DNA of 64,000 bases from Malacoraja senta (GCA_038087875.1 CM076001.1:1426001-1490000), one strand, 5' to 3'; numbered from the stretch's first letter, positions 1-12,492 are shown. The notes: generated by a model not told the origin, from the letters alone. A program made the numbers and translations.

Positions 1-3000
1 AAAAGCACCACGTATTGGAAAATAATAAGCAGTATCATTATTTCAATGATAAATCTTAAATTGTGTTTTGCTATGCATATCCCAAATACTGGATTGAGAA
101 TAAGATATCCCTTGCCCATTATGATGGATATGTCAATGATGATGTATACAGTACAATTATGGAATAGAATCGGAAACTCATAGATGTTAAATTGCACAAT
201 AAATCATTAATGACCAGCTGAGTATTTAAAAAGTTACAGTAATATTCATATTGAATGCAAACCTGAATTAAAGAGTGTAACCTTCAAAGCAAATGCTCGT
301 AATCCGTAAAGAAGCAAAAAGGAAATGCCAGTACCCTGCTTGCAAAGTCAAATTGTCCTCAAGGCATTAACTCTTGAAACACAAACCTCAAAGTAAAAGA
401 GATTTGCTGCATTAGTTCTGCTTAGGTAACCATGAATACTAATTACAGGAAGAACTAACTGCACCCATAGTTCTGGGGTATTAAATTGCACAAAATAGTT
501 CATAGTAACTACTAAAAGTCAAATGAGCAGCTATCATTAACACAAAAGGCTGTGAATAGACTACAGTAAAGAAAACATAGAAAAGCATTGGACATTCTCC
601 AAGTATATAGAATATTTCTAAATTCTCGTAACTTTTTCTAAGTGATTGGGTATTGGGGATCTCCCCACGGTCCAACAATCATTACATAATTTCAAATATT
701 TACTGATAAGCCCACCATCATCCAGCAGTCAGAATATAACCAAATAATATTTAAGTGGAGTATAATACATTAAATGATGTAAATTCCATAGATTTAATTC
801 AGTTCTTTTGCAGGATAGTGCTTGCACATTTTTCTTCTGGGGAATAAAAGAAGAGGATCAAGGAAAATCACCCCACAAAATTATGAATAAAAATCTGAAA
901 TCCTTGGCAATGAAATCATTTTGAATTATGTAGTTATCGTAAAGTAGACACCCTGCTCAATCCTTTAATCTTGCGCTGACAATCTTTGTGCGAGCGAAAT
1001 GGAAATACAACGTGAGAGACGTATATCAGATGTTGGCAAAAGACTGCGTTCAGTACACATTTTGAAAATTCCACTCAGCAAAATTACATAAAGTCTCATC
1101 CCTATAATGATGGTGCCTGAGTGGAATGAAATGGTTCTCTGGATTGTCCAAATGACAGTAGAATTTTACACGAGCCTGGAATATATTCAAGTTAAAAACA
1201 TCACTTACCGACGTCTGTGAGCTAAAGTGCATTGTGTAGATGTTGAGCATTCTCAATACAAAATGATTAAATTGTTTGCACACCACATATACAATTAGTG
1301 GAATCATAAAAATATGATTCTGATTTCCACAACTAGGTCATCAATTGTGGGGACTAAGGAGTAGTTTCCTATTAATCTCTCTGTCCCTGTAATTCTCATT
1401 AAACTGATAGGTTCATGTTCAATGAGGTTAAACATTTTATATTATCTTTAAAAAAGCATAAATGAACATAATACATAAAACACTTGTGAACATTTGAAAA
1501 ATAATAAATTCCAAACTATCTTCATTATGTGGTGTAATGTGCATTAATACTTTTTAAATTATATTATTTGTTGTAAGTAATCTCCAGCTCAGTGGCTGTT
1601 TAGAAGTCAACATATAACAATGCATTGCCTCTGTTTGATGAGTACCCTACATTTTGTACAGCACCCTGGTTGAATGTGGAACTGGAATTAGAAGCAGTTG
1701 TTAGTAAGGCTTAATGATTCCTGCATTATATTTTATATTTTATCTTCCAGCCAAGCTAGGGGCTAGAAATGTTAAATAAACTATAATTACAGTATATGGG
1801 AAATAACTAAAATATAAAATTTGGGAGGATTTGTTGAAGGGAAGAACTTGAGAAATGGCTTTAGAAAATGAAGGATAGAAAGGTTAAATAAACCACATCA
1901 ATATGGAAAATAACTAAAATATAAAATGTTGTGGGATCTTTTGGGGGGAATAGAGAAATTGATAAATGGCTGTAGAAAATGCAGGATGGTTGTAAACCAA
2001 TACCTTTCTTTACACTGTGCATTAATTTTCTTTATCTGTTTTATATTTTTATCCTGTTCAATTGATAGGTTTCAACTTTATTTTTATATGAATATTTATT
2101 TTTCTTCTTTCAATCTCACTTGATGTAAATAACTGGAAGCTGTGGGTCTCTGAACACATTCACGCTGCCAACGATCCTCTCTATGCCAGCCACTAGGAGG
2201 TGACAGCTATCATCCAGTTGTTGCCTGCCCCATAACTGTGTAGATCTGATCCTAAGCCCTAAATCCTCCCCTGCTCCCAACATGTCCACCAGTGCATTCT
2301 CAATGAGAGATTCTTCTCAATGAGAGATTCTTCATTCTAATTATTTCCATTATGTGGGGGAAAAAAATGAAATTTATAGCATCTCTCAAATAATTAAGAA
2401 GCTTTATAGTGAATTAATTTTGAGGTGTAGTCACTCGTGCAAAGTAAAAAAAACAACTTGTAGACTATTTGGGCCTCAGAGTCACCAAATATGGTTTCAC
2501 TATTTACTTTAGTGGGGAAATGCAAAAATGCTGCAGATGATGCTGGAATCTAAAGTAAAAATTGTAAGTGCTGGAAACCGTTAGCAAATCAGGAAGAATC
2601 AATGGAAAGAGAAGCAGCTCGGATCCAGGATACTTCATTCGAACTTGGAAAGGTAAACTAATAAGTCCGTTTTCAGTAGCACTGAAGGTGGTTGGGAGAA
2701 GGGGGAGGTGGGAGTACAACAAAAGGAATATGTCTGATACAGTGAGATCAAATGAGTCAATGTAGCTGTCGGAGAAGCCGTAGTGATCAGATGATGCTTC
2801 CTTAAATGTGTGATGTTTTGTTAATAGAAAGTCTGTAGGACATGCTCTGTAGGCTAAACTCTACACATAGAAAATCAAAATCTGAGCCAAACTGATGACA
2901 GGCAGAAACCACCAGTTTTCACACAGATGGAAAAAGTGGATCCCTAATGTTGGAAAATTTAACATTTATAACCAAGCCAATTAACCTTCAAACCTGTACA

Positions 3001-3759
3001 TCTTTGGAGTGGTACTGATTTGCCTTCTGCCTTGAACATAGCTTTTAGTTTCTGATTGGTTTATTGGGCAAATAGATGAAACGATACAAAACATACTAAC
3101 GAGGTGGTGACAACTAGGTCCTTTGTTCCATGCCGGCTTCTTTACATTCCCCAGAGGTTGCCATGAACAATTAAACAGGATAACAAACATAAGGCTGTTT
3201 GATGAACACTATGCTGATGGAAGTGAAGGAGGAACATTTTGGCAGAATGTAATAACAAGGAATTGCAGATGCTGGGTTACACCAAAGAAAACACGAAATG
3301 CTGGAGTAACTCAGCGGGTCAGTCAGCATCTCTGGAGAATTCTCCAGACATTTCGAAGAAGCTGTGTAAACAATTACCGAACATAAAAGAATAGACTCCG
3401 CCGTGGAAACTAGCAATGTGAGTGCATATTTAGTGAGTGCATTGCGCATACCTATGCAAACATCAGGATCAATGTTTCCCTTCAGGTGGGGAACGTCAAA
3501 AGAAAACTGGTAGGGGATAAAAGACCAATGCATTAATGGTGTAATTTACTGATTGTTTCCTGGAGGCAGCTCACCATATTACCAGCACTTGTCAGAAATC
3601 TATGAATTCACTGCATGAGAATTTGGGGGAAGGAAGCCTAAAATCTTTATAGGGCAAAGTTCCCCACTCTCACGTCATTCTACGACAATTAGTTCCAATA
3701 TTTTTAGAGTAAATTATGTTTTGGTCAGCCATGACTTACAATCCATTTTTATTGTGGAA

Positions 3760-4570
3760 ACAGAAGAAACTGCAGATGCTGGAATCTTGAGGAAAACACA
3801 CAAAGTGCTGGAAGAACTCAGCAGGTCAGGCAGCACCAGTGGAGGGAATGAACAGATGGCATTTTGAGTCAGGACTCTTCTTCAGATTGATTGGAGTAGA
3901 GGGAACAAAGTGAGAGGTAGGGATGGGACTAATGCTGGAAAGTGTTAGGCGGATACTGCTGCGTGGGGTTTGATTAGCAGAGGGACAAAGCAAGTGATAG
4001 AGGTGAAAAAGAGATAAAGGGTGTCAGATAACAAGAGGATGTATGAAATGTAAAGCCAGAAGGAGGGTCATGGGTGGAAAGGGACAGGGAAGAGAGAAAA
4101 AAGGGGGAGAAAAAAGAGAATTGGAGGACTTGGGATGGGAGAAGAGCATATGAAGGAGGGAAATGTGGCAGGGAGACCAGGGTGGTGGGCAATGGTGGGA
4201 AAAATAGATGTGCAGTGCGATGGAGGGGCATGGTGAAAGAAACAGGAGCTAGGTGGGTATTACACAAAAATGGAGAATTCAATGTTCACACCATTGGGTT
4301 GTAAGCTACCCAATCGGAAAATTGGGTCCTGTACCTACAGATTTGCCTCACCCTGGCACTCGAGGAGCCCAATGATAGAAAGGTCAATATGGCCGTGGGA
4401 AGGGGAATTAAAATGATTAGCAACTGTGAGATACGACAAGTCTTAGAGGATAGTATGCAGATGTCCAGCGAAATTGTTACTTGCACCTCTGTCTAACCTG
4501 GAAAGGGGCACTGAAATCCCTGCCTGGAGATGAGAGAGGAAATTCAGAGAAAGGTATTACATCATGGAAG
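3760..4570 (-). mobile_element. Degenerate Penelope-like element (PLE) 3' portion
   Basis: Ends in the PLE 3' terminal motif (gaaactgcagatgctggaatcttgag...gtgctggaagaactcagc on +), followed by a purine-rich tract and decayed sequence resembling the endonuclease region of the PLE at 27145-28332. Boundaries approximate. Confidence 0.5.
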
Positions 4571-4677
4571 AAAACAGAAGGTGATGGTGGAAGGTAGACA
4601 AAAATGCTGGAGAAACTCCAATTTCTCCAGCATTTTTGTCTACCTTTGATTTTCCAGCATCTGCAGTTCCTTCTTAA

Positions 4678-5300
4678 CATAGAAACATAGAAAATAGGTG
4701 CAGGAGTAGGCCATTCGGCCCTTCGAGCCTGCACCGCCATTCAATATGATCATGGCTGATCATCCAACTCAGTATCCTGTACCTACCTTCTCTCCATATC
4801 CCCTGATCCCTTTAGCCACAAGGGCCACATCTAACTCCCTCTTAAATATAGCCAATGAACTGGCCTCAACTACCTTCTGTGGCAGAGAATTCCAGAGATT
4901 CACCACTCTCTGTGTGAAAAATGTTTTTCTCATCTCGGTCCTAAAAGACTTCCCCCTTATCCTTAAACTGTGACCCCTTGTTCTGGACTTCCCCAACATC
5001 GGGAACAATCTTCCTGCATCTAGCCTGTCCAACCCCTTAAGAATTTTGTAAGTTTCTATAAGATCCCCCCTCAATCTTCTAAGTTCTAGCGAGTATAAGC
5101 CAAGTCTATCCAGTCTTTCTTCATAAGACAGTCCTGACATCCCAGGAATCAGTCTGGTGAACCTTCTCTGCACTCCCTCTATGGCAATAATGTCCTTCCT
5201 CAGATTTGGAGACCAAAACTGTACGCAATACTCCAGGTGTGGTCTCACCAAGACCCTGTACAACTGCAGTAGAACCTCCCTGCTCCTATACTCAAATCCT
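4678..5300 (-). mobile_element. CR1 LINE 3' fragment (young subfamily)
   Basis: ORF 4769-5263 is the CR1 ORF2 C-terminus ([15 protein letters not shown]...RTRGHSLRI...FFTQRVVNLWNSLP); (CTATGTTT)n-type tail at 4678-4695. Confidence 0.92.
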
Positions 5301-6312
5301 TAAACGTGATGGTGGAGGTTGCTTCTCGGACTGGAGGCCTGTAACTAGTGATGTGCCTCAGGGTTCGGTGCTGGGCTCGTTACTATTTGTCATTTATATC
5401 AATGATTTGGATGAGAACATACACAGCAAGATTAGCAAGTTTGCAGATTATACAAAAGTAGGTGGATTTGCAGATTGTGAAGATGGTCGTGAAAAATTGC
5501 AGCAGCATCTTGATTGATTGACCAGGTGGGCTGAGGAATTGTTGATGGAATTGAATGCAGAGAAATGTGAGGTGTTGCATTTTGGGAAGTCTAACAGGAC
5601 CTACACAGTGAACAGTAGGTCTCTGTGTAGTGTTGTAGAGCAGAGGGATCATGTGCATAGCCCCCTGAAGGTGGTGTCACAGGTCGATCGGGTGGTCAAA
5701 AGGCTTTTGGCACATTGGCCTTCATCAGCCAGAGTATTGAGTATAGAAGTTGGGAGGTTGTATAAGACATTGGAGAGGCCCGCATTGTGTCCAGTTCTGG
5801 GCAACGTGTTATAGCAAAGATGTCAAGCTAGAAAAGGTACAGAGAAGATTTACGTGGATGTTGCCAGGACTAGAGGGTCTGAGCTATAGGCAGAGGTTGA
5901 ATAGGTTGGGACTCTATTCCTTGGAGCGCAGGAGGATGAGGAGTGATATTATAGAGGTGCATAAAATCATGAGAGGAGCAGATCAGGTAGATGCACAGAG
6001 TCTCGTGTCTAGAGTAGGTGAATCGAGGACAGGAGGACATAGGTTTAAGGTGAAGGGAAAAAGATTTAATAGGAATCTGAGGGGTAACATTTTCACACAA
6101 AAAGTAGTGGGGGTATGGAACAAGCTGCCAGAGGAGGTAGATGAGGGACTATCTCAACATTCAAGACACAGTTTGACAGGTACACGGATAGGACATGTTT
6201 GGAGGGATATGGACCAAATGCTGGCAGGTGGGACGTGTGACTGGGACATGTTGGCCGGTGTGGGCAAGTTGTGCCGAAGGGCCTCTTTCCACACTGTATC
6301 ACTCTGTGACTC
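5301..6312 (+). mobile_element. CR1 LINE 3' fragment, second subfamily, frameshifted
   Basis: RT motifs VPQGSVLG...LFVIYINDLD...SKFAD (5206-5517 frame) and C-terminal LEKVQRRFT...RTGGHRFKV (5750-6394). Confidence 0.88.
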
Positions 6313-6379
6313 TATGTCCTGCAGTTGCAGGGCTTTGGAAAGTGTGCAGAAAGTACCTGGGAAGGGGACGGGTTGGATA

Positions 6380-7540
6380 GTCAGGGATGAGTGAACTGAA
6401 GAGTTGCAGAGAGAATAGTCTCTGTGGAAAATGGGCAGGGGTGGAGACGGGAAGTTGTGTCTGGTAGTGGGATGACATTGAAGGTAGCAGAATTGTCAGA
6501 GAATGATGTGTTGGGTGCGGTGAAAGGTCAGGGCCAGGGGAACTCTTGTCCTTGTTCTACCGAGGGGGAGAGGGAGAGCAGAACTATGGGATACAGAGGA
6601 GACATGAGCGAGGGTTCCATTCTCAACAGCAGGGGGGAAACAACATTTATTGAAGAAAGTGAACACCTTGGATGTGCTGAGCGAAGATCCTCATCTTGGC
6701 CCATCAAGAACAGATATGGCAGAGGGGTAGAAGCTGAGAATAAGGGATGGCTTCCTTGCAAGATGCAGGGTGGAAGGAGGTGTAGTTTTGGTAGTAAGCG
6801 GGTTTACAGTAGATGTCAGTACATAGCCTGTCCTCTGTGATGGAGACAGAGAGATTGAGAAAGTGGTGAGAGATGTCACAAATAGTCCAAATGAATTTGA
6901 GGCCAGGGTGCAAGTTAGTAGTGAGGTTGATGAAATCAATGAGTTCTGCACTGCGTAAGAAGCAATCCTGATGTGGTCATCAATGTAGCGGAGAAAGGGT
7001 TGTGGATTGGCACTGGGGTACACAAGGAGTATTCAACATGACCAATGAAAAGACAGACATAGCTGGGCCCCATGTGAGTGGCCATGGCTACACCTTTGAC
7101 CTGAAGAAAGTGAAAGGAGTCAAATGAAAACTTGTTAAGGGTGAAGATAGACACAAAAGCTTGGAGTAACTCAGCGGGACAGGCAGCATCTCTGGAGAGA
7201 AGGAATGGGTGACGTTTCGGGTCGAGACCCTTCTCCAGTCTGAAGAAGAGTCTCGACCCAAAACGTCACCCATTCCTTCTCCGCAGAGATGCTGCCTGTC
7301 CCAGTGAGTTACTCCAGCTTTTTGTGTCTATCTTCGGTTCAAACCAGCATCTGCAGTTCCTACCTGCACATTGTTAAGGATGAAGACAAGTTCCGCCAGG
7401 TTGGTGAGAACTGATTGGGTCTCCATTCAAGGAAGAACTGGAGGGCCTTGAGGCCTTCCTGGTGGGGAATGTGGATGTAAGAGGAATGGAAGTGTAAAGA
7501 GAATGGATGTTCAAGAAAGATGAGACAAACACCTGTGCTC
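6380..7540 (-). mobile_element. Degenerate Penelope-like element, RT region
   Basis: Fragments QVKGVAMATHMGPSYVCLF, LRYIDD and TDIYCKP...HPASCKEAIPYSQ in minus-strand ORFs; interrupted by the insertion at 7148-7370. Confidence 0.72.
7143..7370. mobile_element. Palindromic PLE-terminus-derived insertion
   Basis: Imperfect inverted repeat 7143-7335; flanking direct repeat ttgttaagg(g/a)tgaaga at 7132-7147 and 7371-7386 (15/16), consistent with a target-site duplication. Confidence 0.75.
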
Positions 7541-7544
7541 TGTC

Positions 7545-7579
<35 letters not shown>

Positions 7580-10500
7580 TCTTTTATTGTCATTGCACAT
7601 AGGTGCAACGAGATTTGGTATGCAGCTTCCATCCGATAGTCATAACTTAAACAACTAATAAAATTTAGATACCCCGAGAAACATGATTTATATTTTAAAA
7701 AAGAACAGTAAACCAGTAAAACAGTCTAAAGTGCAAATAGGTCTGTACCGGCTCGATGTGCGACGTGACCATCCGAGGGAGACAGTTCATGGGGGTGGGG
7801 GGCACTCAGCAGGGCCGGTTCAGAGCAGCGATAGCTCTGGGGATGAAGCTGTTCCTGAGTCTGGAGGTGCGGGCGTAGAAGGCCTTGTAACGTCTGCCGG
7901 AAGGTAGGAGTTCGAACAGACTATTACAAGGGTGTGAGGAGTCTTTGTGGATGCTGACGGCCTTCCTGAGGCACCGTGTATAGTAGATGCCCTCCAAGGC
8001 TGGTAGCTGTGTCCCAATAATCTTCTGCGCCCTGTGGACGACGCGCTGAAGAGCTCTCCTCTCCGCCTCCGTGCAGCTGAGATACCACACAGAGATGCCA
8101 TGCGTTAGGATGCTCTCTGTGGTGCAGCGGTAGAAGGTTGTCAGTAACTGTTGGGGCAGACCAGTCCTTTTCAATGTTCTCAGGAAGAATAGTCGTTGCT
8201 GTGCCTTTTTGACCAGCGCAGCGGTGTTGGTGGACCGTGTGAGGTCCTCCAAAATATGTGTGCCAAGAAACCTAAGGCTGGACACTCTCTCCACACTGTC
8301 CCCGTTGATAGAGATTGGGGCGTATTCCCCATTATGTGTCCTCCTGAAGTTGATAATCAGCTCCTTGGTCTTGGAGTTTAAGAAGGAACTGCAGATGCTG
8401 GAAATCGAAGGTACACAAAAATGCTGGAGAAACTCCTTGGTCTTGGAGGTGTTTAGGGACAAGTTGTTACGTTAGCACCAGTCGGCCAGGTTCTGCACCT
8501 CCGCTCTGTAGTCTGTTTCATCACCGTTGGTGATCAGCCCGATCACCGTTGTGTCGTCTGCGAACTTGACAATGGTGTTGGTGTCGAATGCAGGAACACA
8601 GTCGTGTGTGAAGAGGGAGTAGAGCATGGGGCTCAGTACACAGCCCTGTGGTGTACCGGTGCTCAGGGTGATAGTGGAGGACAGGTGCGGGCCCAGTCTC
8701 ACTGCCTGCGGTCGCTCCGTCAGGAAATTCAGGATTCAGTCGCATATCGGCGAGCTGAGGCCTAGCTGGTGGAGTTTGGTGGTGAGCTTGGTGGGGATGA
8801 CCATATTGAAGGCAGAGCTATAGTCTATGAAGAGCATCCTCACGTACGTGCCCTGTCTTTCCAGGTGAGTCAGGACAGTGTGAAGGGCCAGAGAGATGGC
8901 ATCCTCTGTGGATCTATTTGCCCTGTATGCAAATTGATGTGAGTCCAGTGAGGCAGGGATGCTGGATTTGATGTGAGAGAGGACCAGCCTTTCAAAGCAC
9001 TTCATGAGTATTGGAGTTAGGGCAACCGGACGGAAGTCGTTCAGGTTGGTGACTTTAGACTTTTTCGGCACCGGCACTATGGCAGCTGTCTTCAGGCACT
9101 TGGGGACCGTTGCCAGAGAGAGAGACAGGTTAAAGATCCTCGTGAATACCTCAGCCAGCTGTACAGCACAGTCCTTTAGTACCCTTCCTTGGACTCCATC
9201 CGGGCCTGCAGCCCTGCGTGGATTGATCCTACGCAGAGTGCACTGTACCTCCTGAGTGCTCAGTGTTAAGACCTGTCCCTCCGACAGTTTCGAAGCGGGC
9301 AAAGAAGGTGTTTAGCTCGTTGGCCAGTGTGATATCACTGTGGGGGCAGGCGGGGCTGCTCTTGTAGTCAGTGATGTCCCTGACACCCTGCCACATGCTT
9401 CTGGTGTCCGCGGTATTGAAGTGGTCTTCCACCCTTTGCCTGTGGATGTCTTTGGCCTTTTTTATACCTTTGTTCAGGTTTGACCTGGCAGCAGTATGCT
9501 GAAGTGTTACTGGATTTAAAGGCATTGTTGCGTGCCCTTAGCAGATTCTGTACCTCCTTGTTCATCCACGGTTTCCGGTTTGGGAACATCTTTATTTTCT
9601 TGTCCACTGTGACAGACTCCACACAGCAGTTGATGTAGGAGAGCACAGTGGATGTGTACTCCTCCAAGTCTACCTCTGTACCACTGGTAGCCTGTTGTGC
9701 AAACAGGTCCCAGTCGGTGCGATCAAAGCCGTCCTGGAGTTGTACGGTGGCGTCCTCGGGCCATATTTTGACCGTCCTTATTGCAGGTTTGGTCTTGCGG
9801 ATGAGGGGTTCGTATGCAGGCAGTAGAAACAGTGAGAGGTGATCGGATTGTCCCAGGGATGGGCAGGGGAGAGCTCTGTATGCGTCCTTGATGTTGGTGT
9901 ACACTTTATCCAGCGTGTTTGAGCCCCTGGTGGGGCACTGCACAATGCTGGTGGAATTTGCGGAGTGTAGCTCGTAGGTCGACCTGATTAAAGTCTCCTG
10001 CAACAATGAAGGCACAGTCGAGGTGAGTATCCTGCTGCTTACTGATGGCCGAGTGCAGCTGTGCTAACGCTAGATTAGCATTAGCCTGTGGTGGAATTTA
10101 TACGGCCATGATGATAACCACAGTATACTCCCGAGGCAGATAAAATGGCCTACATTTAAGCAGTAGGTATTCCAGTTCTGGGGAACAGTAGCTCTCTACT
10201 GCAGTGTGGTTGGTGCACCAGTCATTGTTGATATAGATACAGAGCCCGCCGCCCTTGCTCTTACCGGAGTCCTTTGTTCTATCAGCACGATGCAGTGACC
10301 GGTTCGTTAGCTCCACAGCCCCGTCAGGAACCAGCGCACTGAGCCACATCTCCGTGAAGATCAGCACACAGCAGTCTTTCAGGGATCGCTGGGTGTTGAT
10401 CCAGAGCCTTACCTCATCCAGCTTGTTGGTGAGTGACCGGACATTTGCGAGAAAGACGCTTGGTAGCGATGGTCTTTGCGGAGCCCTCCGTAGCCTGTCC

Positions 10501-10714
10501 TGCACCCCGCTCGCCTTCCACATTTCTGCTTTCTCTCCCGGCGCTTGCTCCGTCTCCTACCCTCCGTAGTGATGATCCAGGGGGACCTGATTAAAGATCA
10601 GATCGTAGGTCGACCTGATTAAAGTCCCCTGCAACAATGAAGGCACCGTCGGGGTGAGCATCCTGCTGCTTACTGATGGCCGAGTGCAGCTATGCTAGCG
10701 CTAGATTAGCATTA
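7545..10714 (-). mobile_element. Rex1/Babar-clade LINE, frameshifted, near full ORF
   Basis: APE motifs (FLANVRSL, LIFTEMWL, SDHLSL), RT motifs ([38 protein letters not shown]) and Rex-type C-terminus in ORFs 10098-10523, 9368-10015, 8736-9302, 8472-8702, 7806-8462; AATAAA at 7583-7588 on the minus strand and ~11 TAA/TTA tail units from 7545. Confidence 0.9.
8377..8432 (-). mobile_element. 56-bp PLE 3'-end insertion into the Rex element
   Basis: Flanked by exact 16-bp direct repeat ctccttggtcttggag (8361-8376, 8433-8448); the insert matches the PLE terminal sequence found elsewhere in the window. Confidence 0.85.
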
Positions 10715-10729
10715 CCAAGGCCCGTTGGA

Positions 10730-11270
10730 TCTCACGTTTGCAAACTACTTTAACTCACCTTCCCATTCCCTTACTAACCTTTCTGTCCTTGGCCTCCACA
10801 ATTTCCAGAGTGAGGCCACACCAAACTGGAGAAACAGCCCCTTACTGTATATTCTGCTTGTAGCTTGTAACCCCAGGGTACGAATAATAAATTCTCCAAG
10901 TTCAAGTCCTCTCCCTTCCCTCTCTTTACCGTGTCTTCCTCCACCCAGATGTGCTTCTATTTCTCCCACCATCTATCCCCCCACCACTCCGCCAGTCACC
11001 CAGCTTTTCTCCCCTCTTTCGTATGCTCATCTTCTATCCCCAGTTCCCCATTTCCATTTTAATCCCCCTTCTTTCCTCTCCTGTATTCCTCGCTCCTGCT
11101 TTACATTTCACTCCTCCACATTTCCTGTTTTCTGACTCCCGTTTTGTCTCCTTTTCACCTGTATCTTTTGTCACTTACTCCACCCATGTGCCAAACAAAC
11201 CTCACCTCTATCCACCTATCCAGGCCTTGTTCTGCCCCCCACCTCTCTTTCCACAGATGCTGCCTGATTT
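10730..11270 (+). mobile_element. Degenerate PLE 3' fragment
   Basis: FANYFNSPSHSLTNLSVLGLH matches the C-terminus of the PLE ORF at 27355-28095 (AQHFNSPSHSVSDLSVLGLLH); followed by a pyrimidine-rich tract. Confidence 0.75.
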
Positions 11271-11519
11271 TTTGACACTTTCTGTTTTGCTACTTTTGCA
11301 ATGATGAGCCTAACCATAGATCAAATGCAATGAAGTTCCCTAAGTAGATCTTTCTTCAGTTCAAATTGAGATAGATGTTTTGTGTAGTCTGTGGGCATTA
11401 ATATTATGTTCACAGTCCGTTATTGATATTCCACGTCACTAAAAGGAATGAGACTGAAAATCTCAACTAAACACCCAGCACTGTTCAAAGACCTCATAGA
11501 AATATCTGAATATCCTTTA

Positions 11520-11603
11520 TACATAATAAGATTAGCATCATTTATTGGGATATTGCCATTATGTAGACTGTATCCCAATAAATGATGCTAATCTTATTAT
11601 GTA
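11520..11603. repeat. Perfect 33-bp inverted repeat with 18-nt spacer
   Basis: 11520-11552 tacataataagattagcatcatttattgggata is the exact reverse complement of 11571-11603. Confidence 0.95.
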
Positions 11604-12292
11604 GGGAGTCAAGGAAAGAGCGTTCACGTCACGGCCCTGTTTTCATCAATCTTTCCACCACCACGTACAAGAAACACAAGAAGCACAAGACAGATACCAT
11701 TGTGTGCAGATGCTGAGAAGTGTGTTCAGTTCTGGCTGAACAACTTCTAATTTTGATGTGGACTAGATAAGAAGAAGATTGTAGCAAATCATAGAAAATG
11801 GGATGTTTACAGTATGTCAAAAATAAAATCCAGCTGTTTTTTCATGTGACCAGATTTAAGATAACTAATCACTGAGTACAATAGAGGAGATACACAAATC
11901 TGCAGATGCTGGTTAAAATAAAGAAACAAAGTGCTGGAGTAACTCAGTGGGTCAGGCAGAATTTCTGGAGAACACGGATCGGTGATGTTTTGGATCAACC
12001 TGAAACATCACTTATCAGTCTGAACAATGGGTCTCGACCTGAAACGTCACCTATCCACCCTATCCATGTTCTCCAGTGATGTTGACTGACCCACTGAGTT
12101 ACTCCAGCATTTGTGTATTTTTTTACCATGTACAAAACAGCTCTGTTTCTACTTTGTGAGTCTCTGCTATACTCTTCACTATGGAGGGTATAATACACCT
12201 TATACCATATCTTCAAATCTCTCACAATCCTCCCACAGTTATACAAATGTCACTCTTGGAAGAGAACAGGGACCACTTGGGGTTTCTTATTT

Positions 12293-12492
12293 NNNNNNNN
12301 NNNNNNNNNNNNNNNNNNNNNNNNNNNNNNNNNNNNNNNNNNNNNNNNNNNNNNNNNNNNNNNNNNNNNNNNNNNNNNNNNNNNNNNNNNNNNNNNNNNN
12401 NNNNNNNNNNNNNNNNNNNNNNNNNNNNNNNNNNNNNNNNNNNNNNNNNNNNNNNNNNNNNNNNNNNNNNNNNNNNNNNNNNNNNNNNNNNN
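12293..12492. other. Assembly gap (200 N, probably arbitrary size)
   Basis: Run of exactly 200 N; base composition differs on the two sides. Confidence 0.98.

Noticed and set aside
940-1260. Locally CpG-richer stretch with a minus-strand GTAAGT donor near 1204-1209
   Set aside because: No RSS, no J motif and no recognisable reading frame.
2190-2203. CTCF-like CCACTAGGAGGTGA
   Set aside because: Several mismatches in the core, including GGC>GGT; expected by chance at this level.
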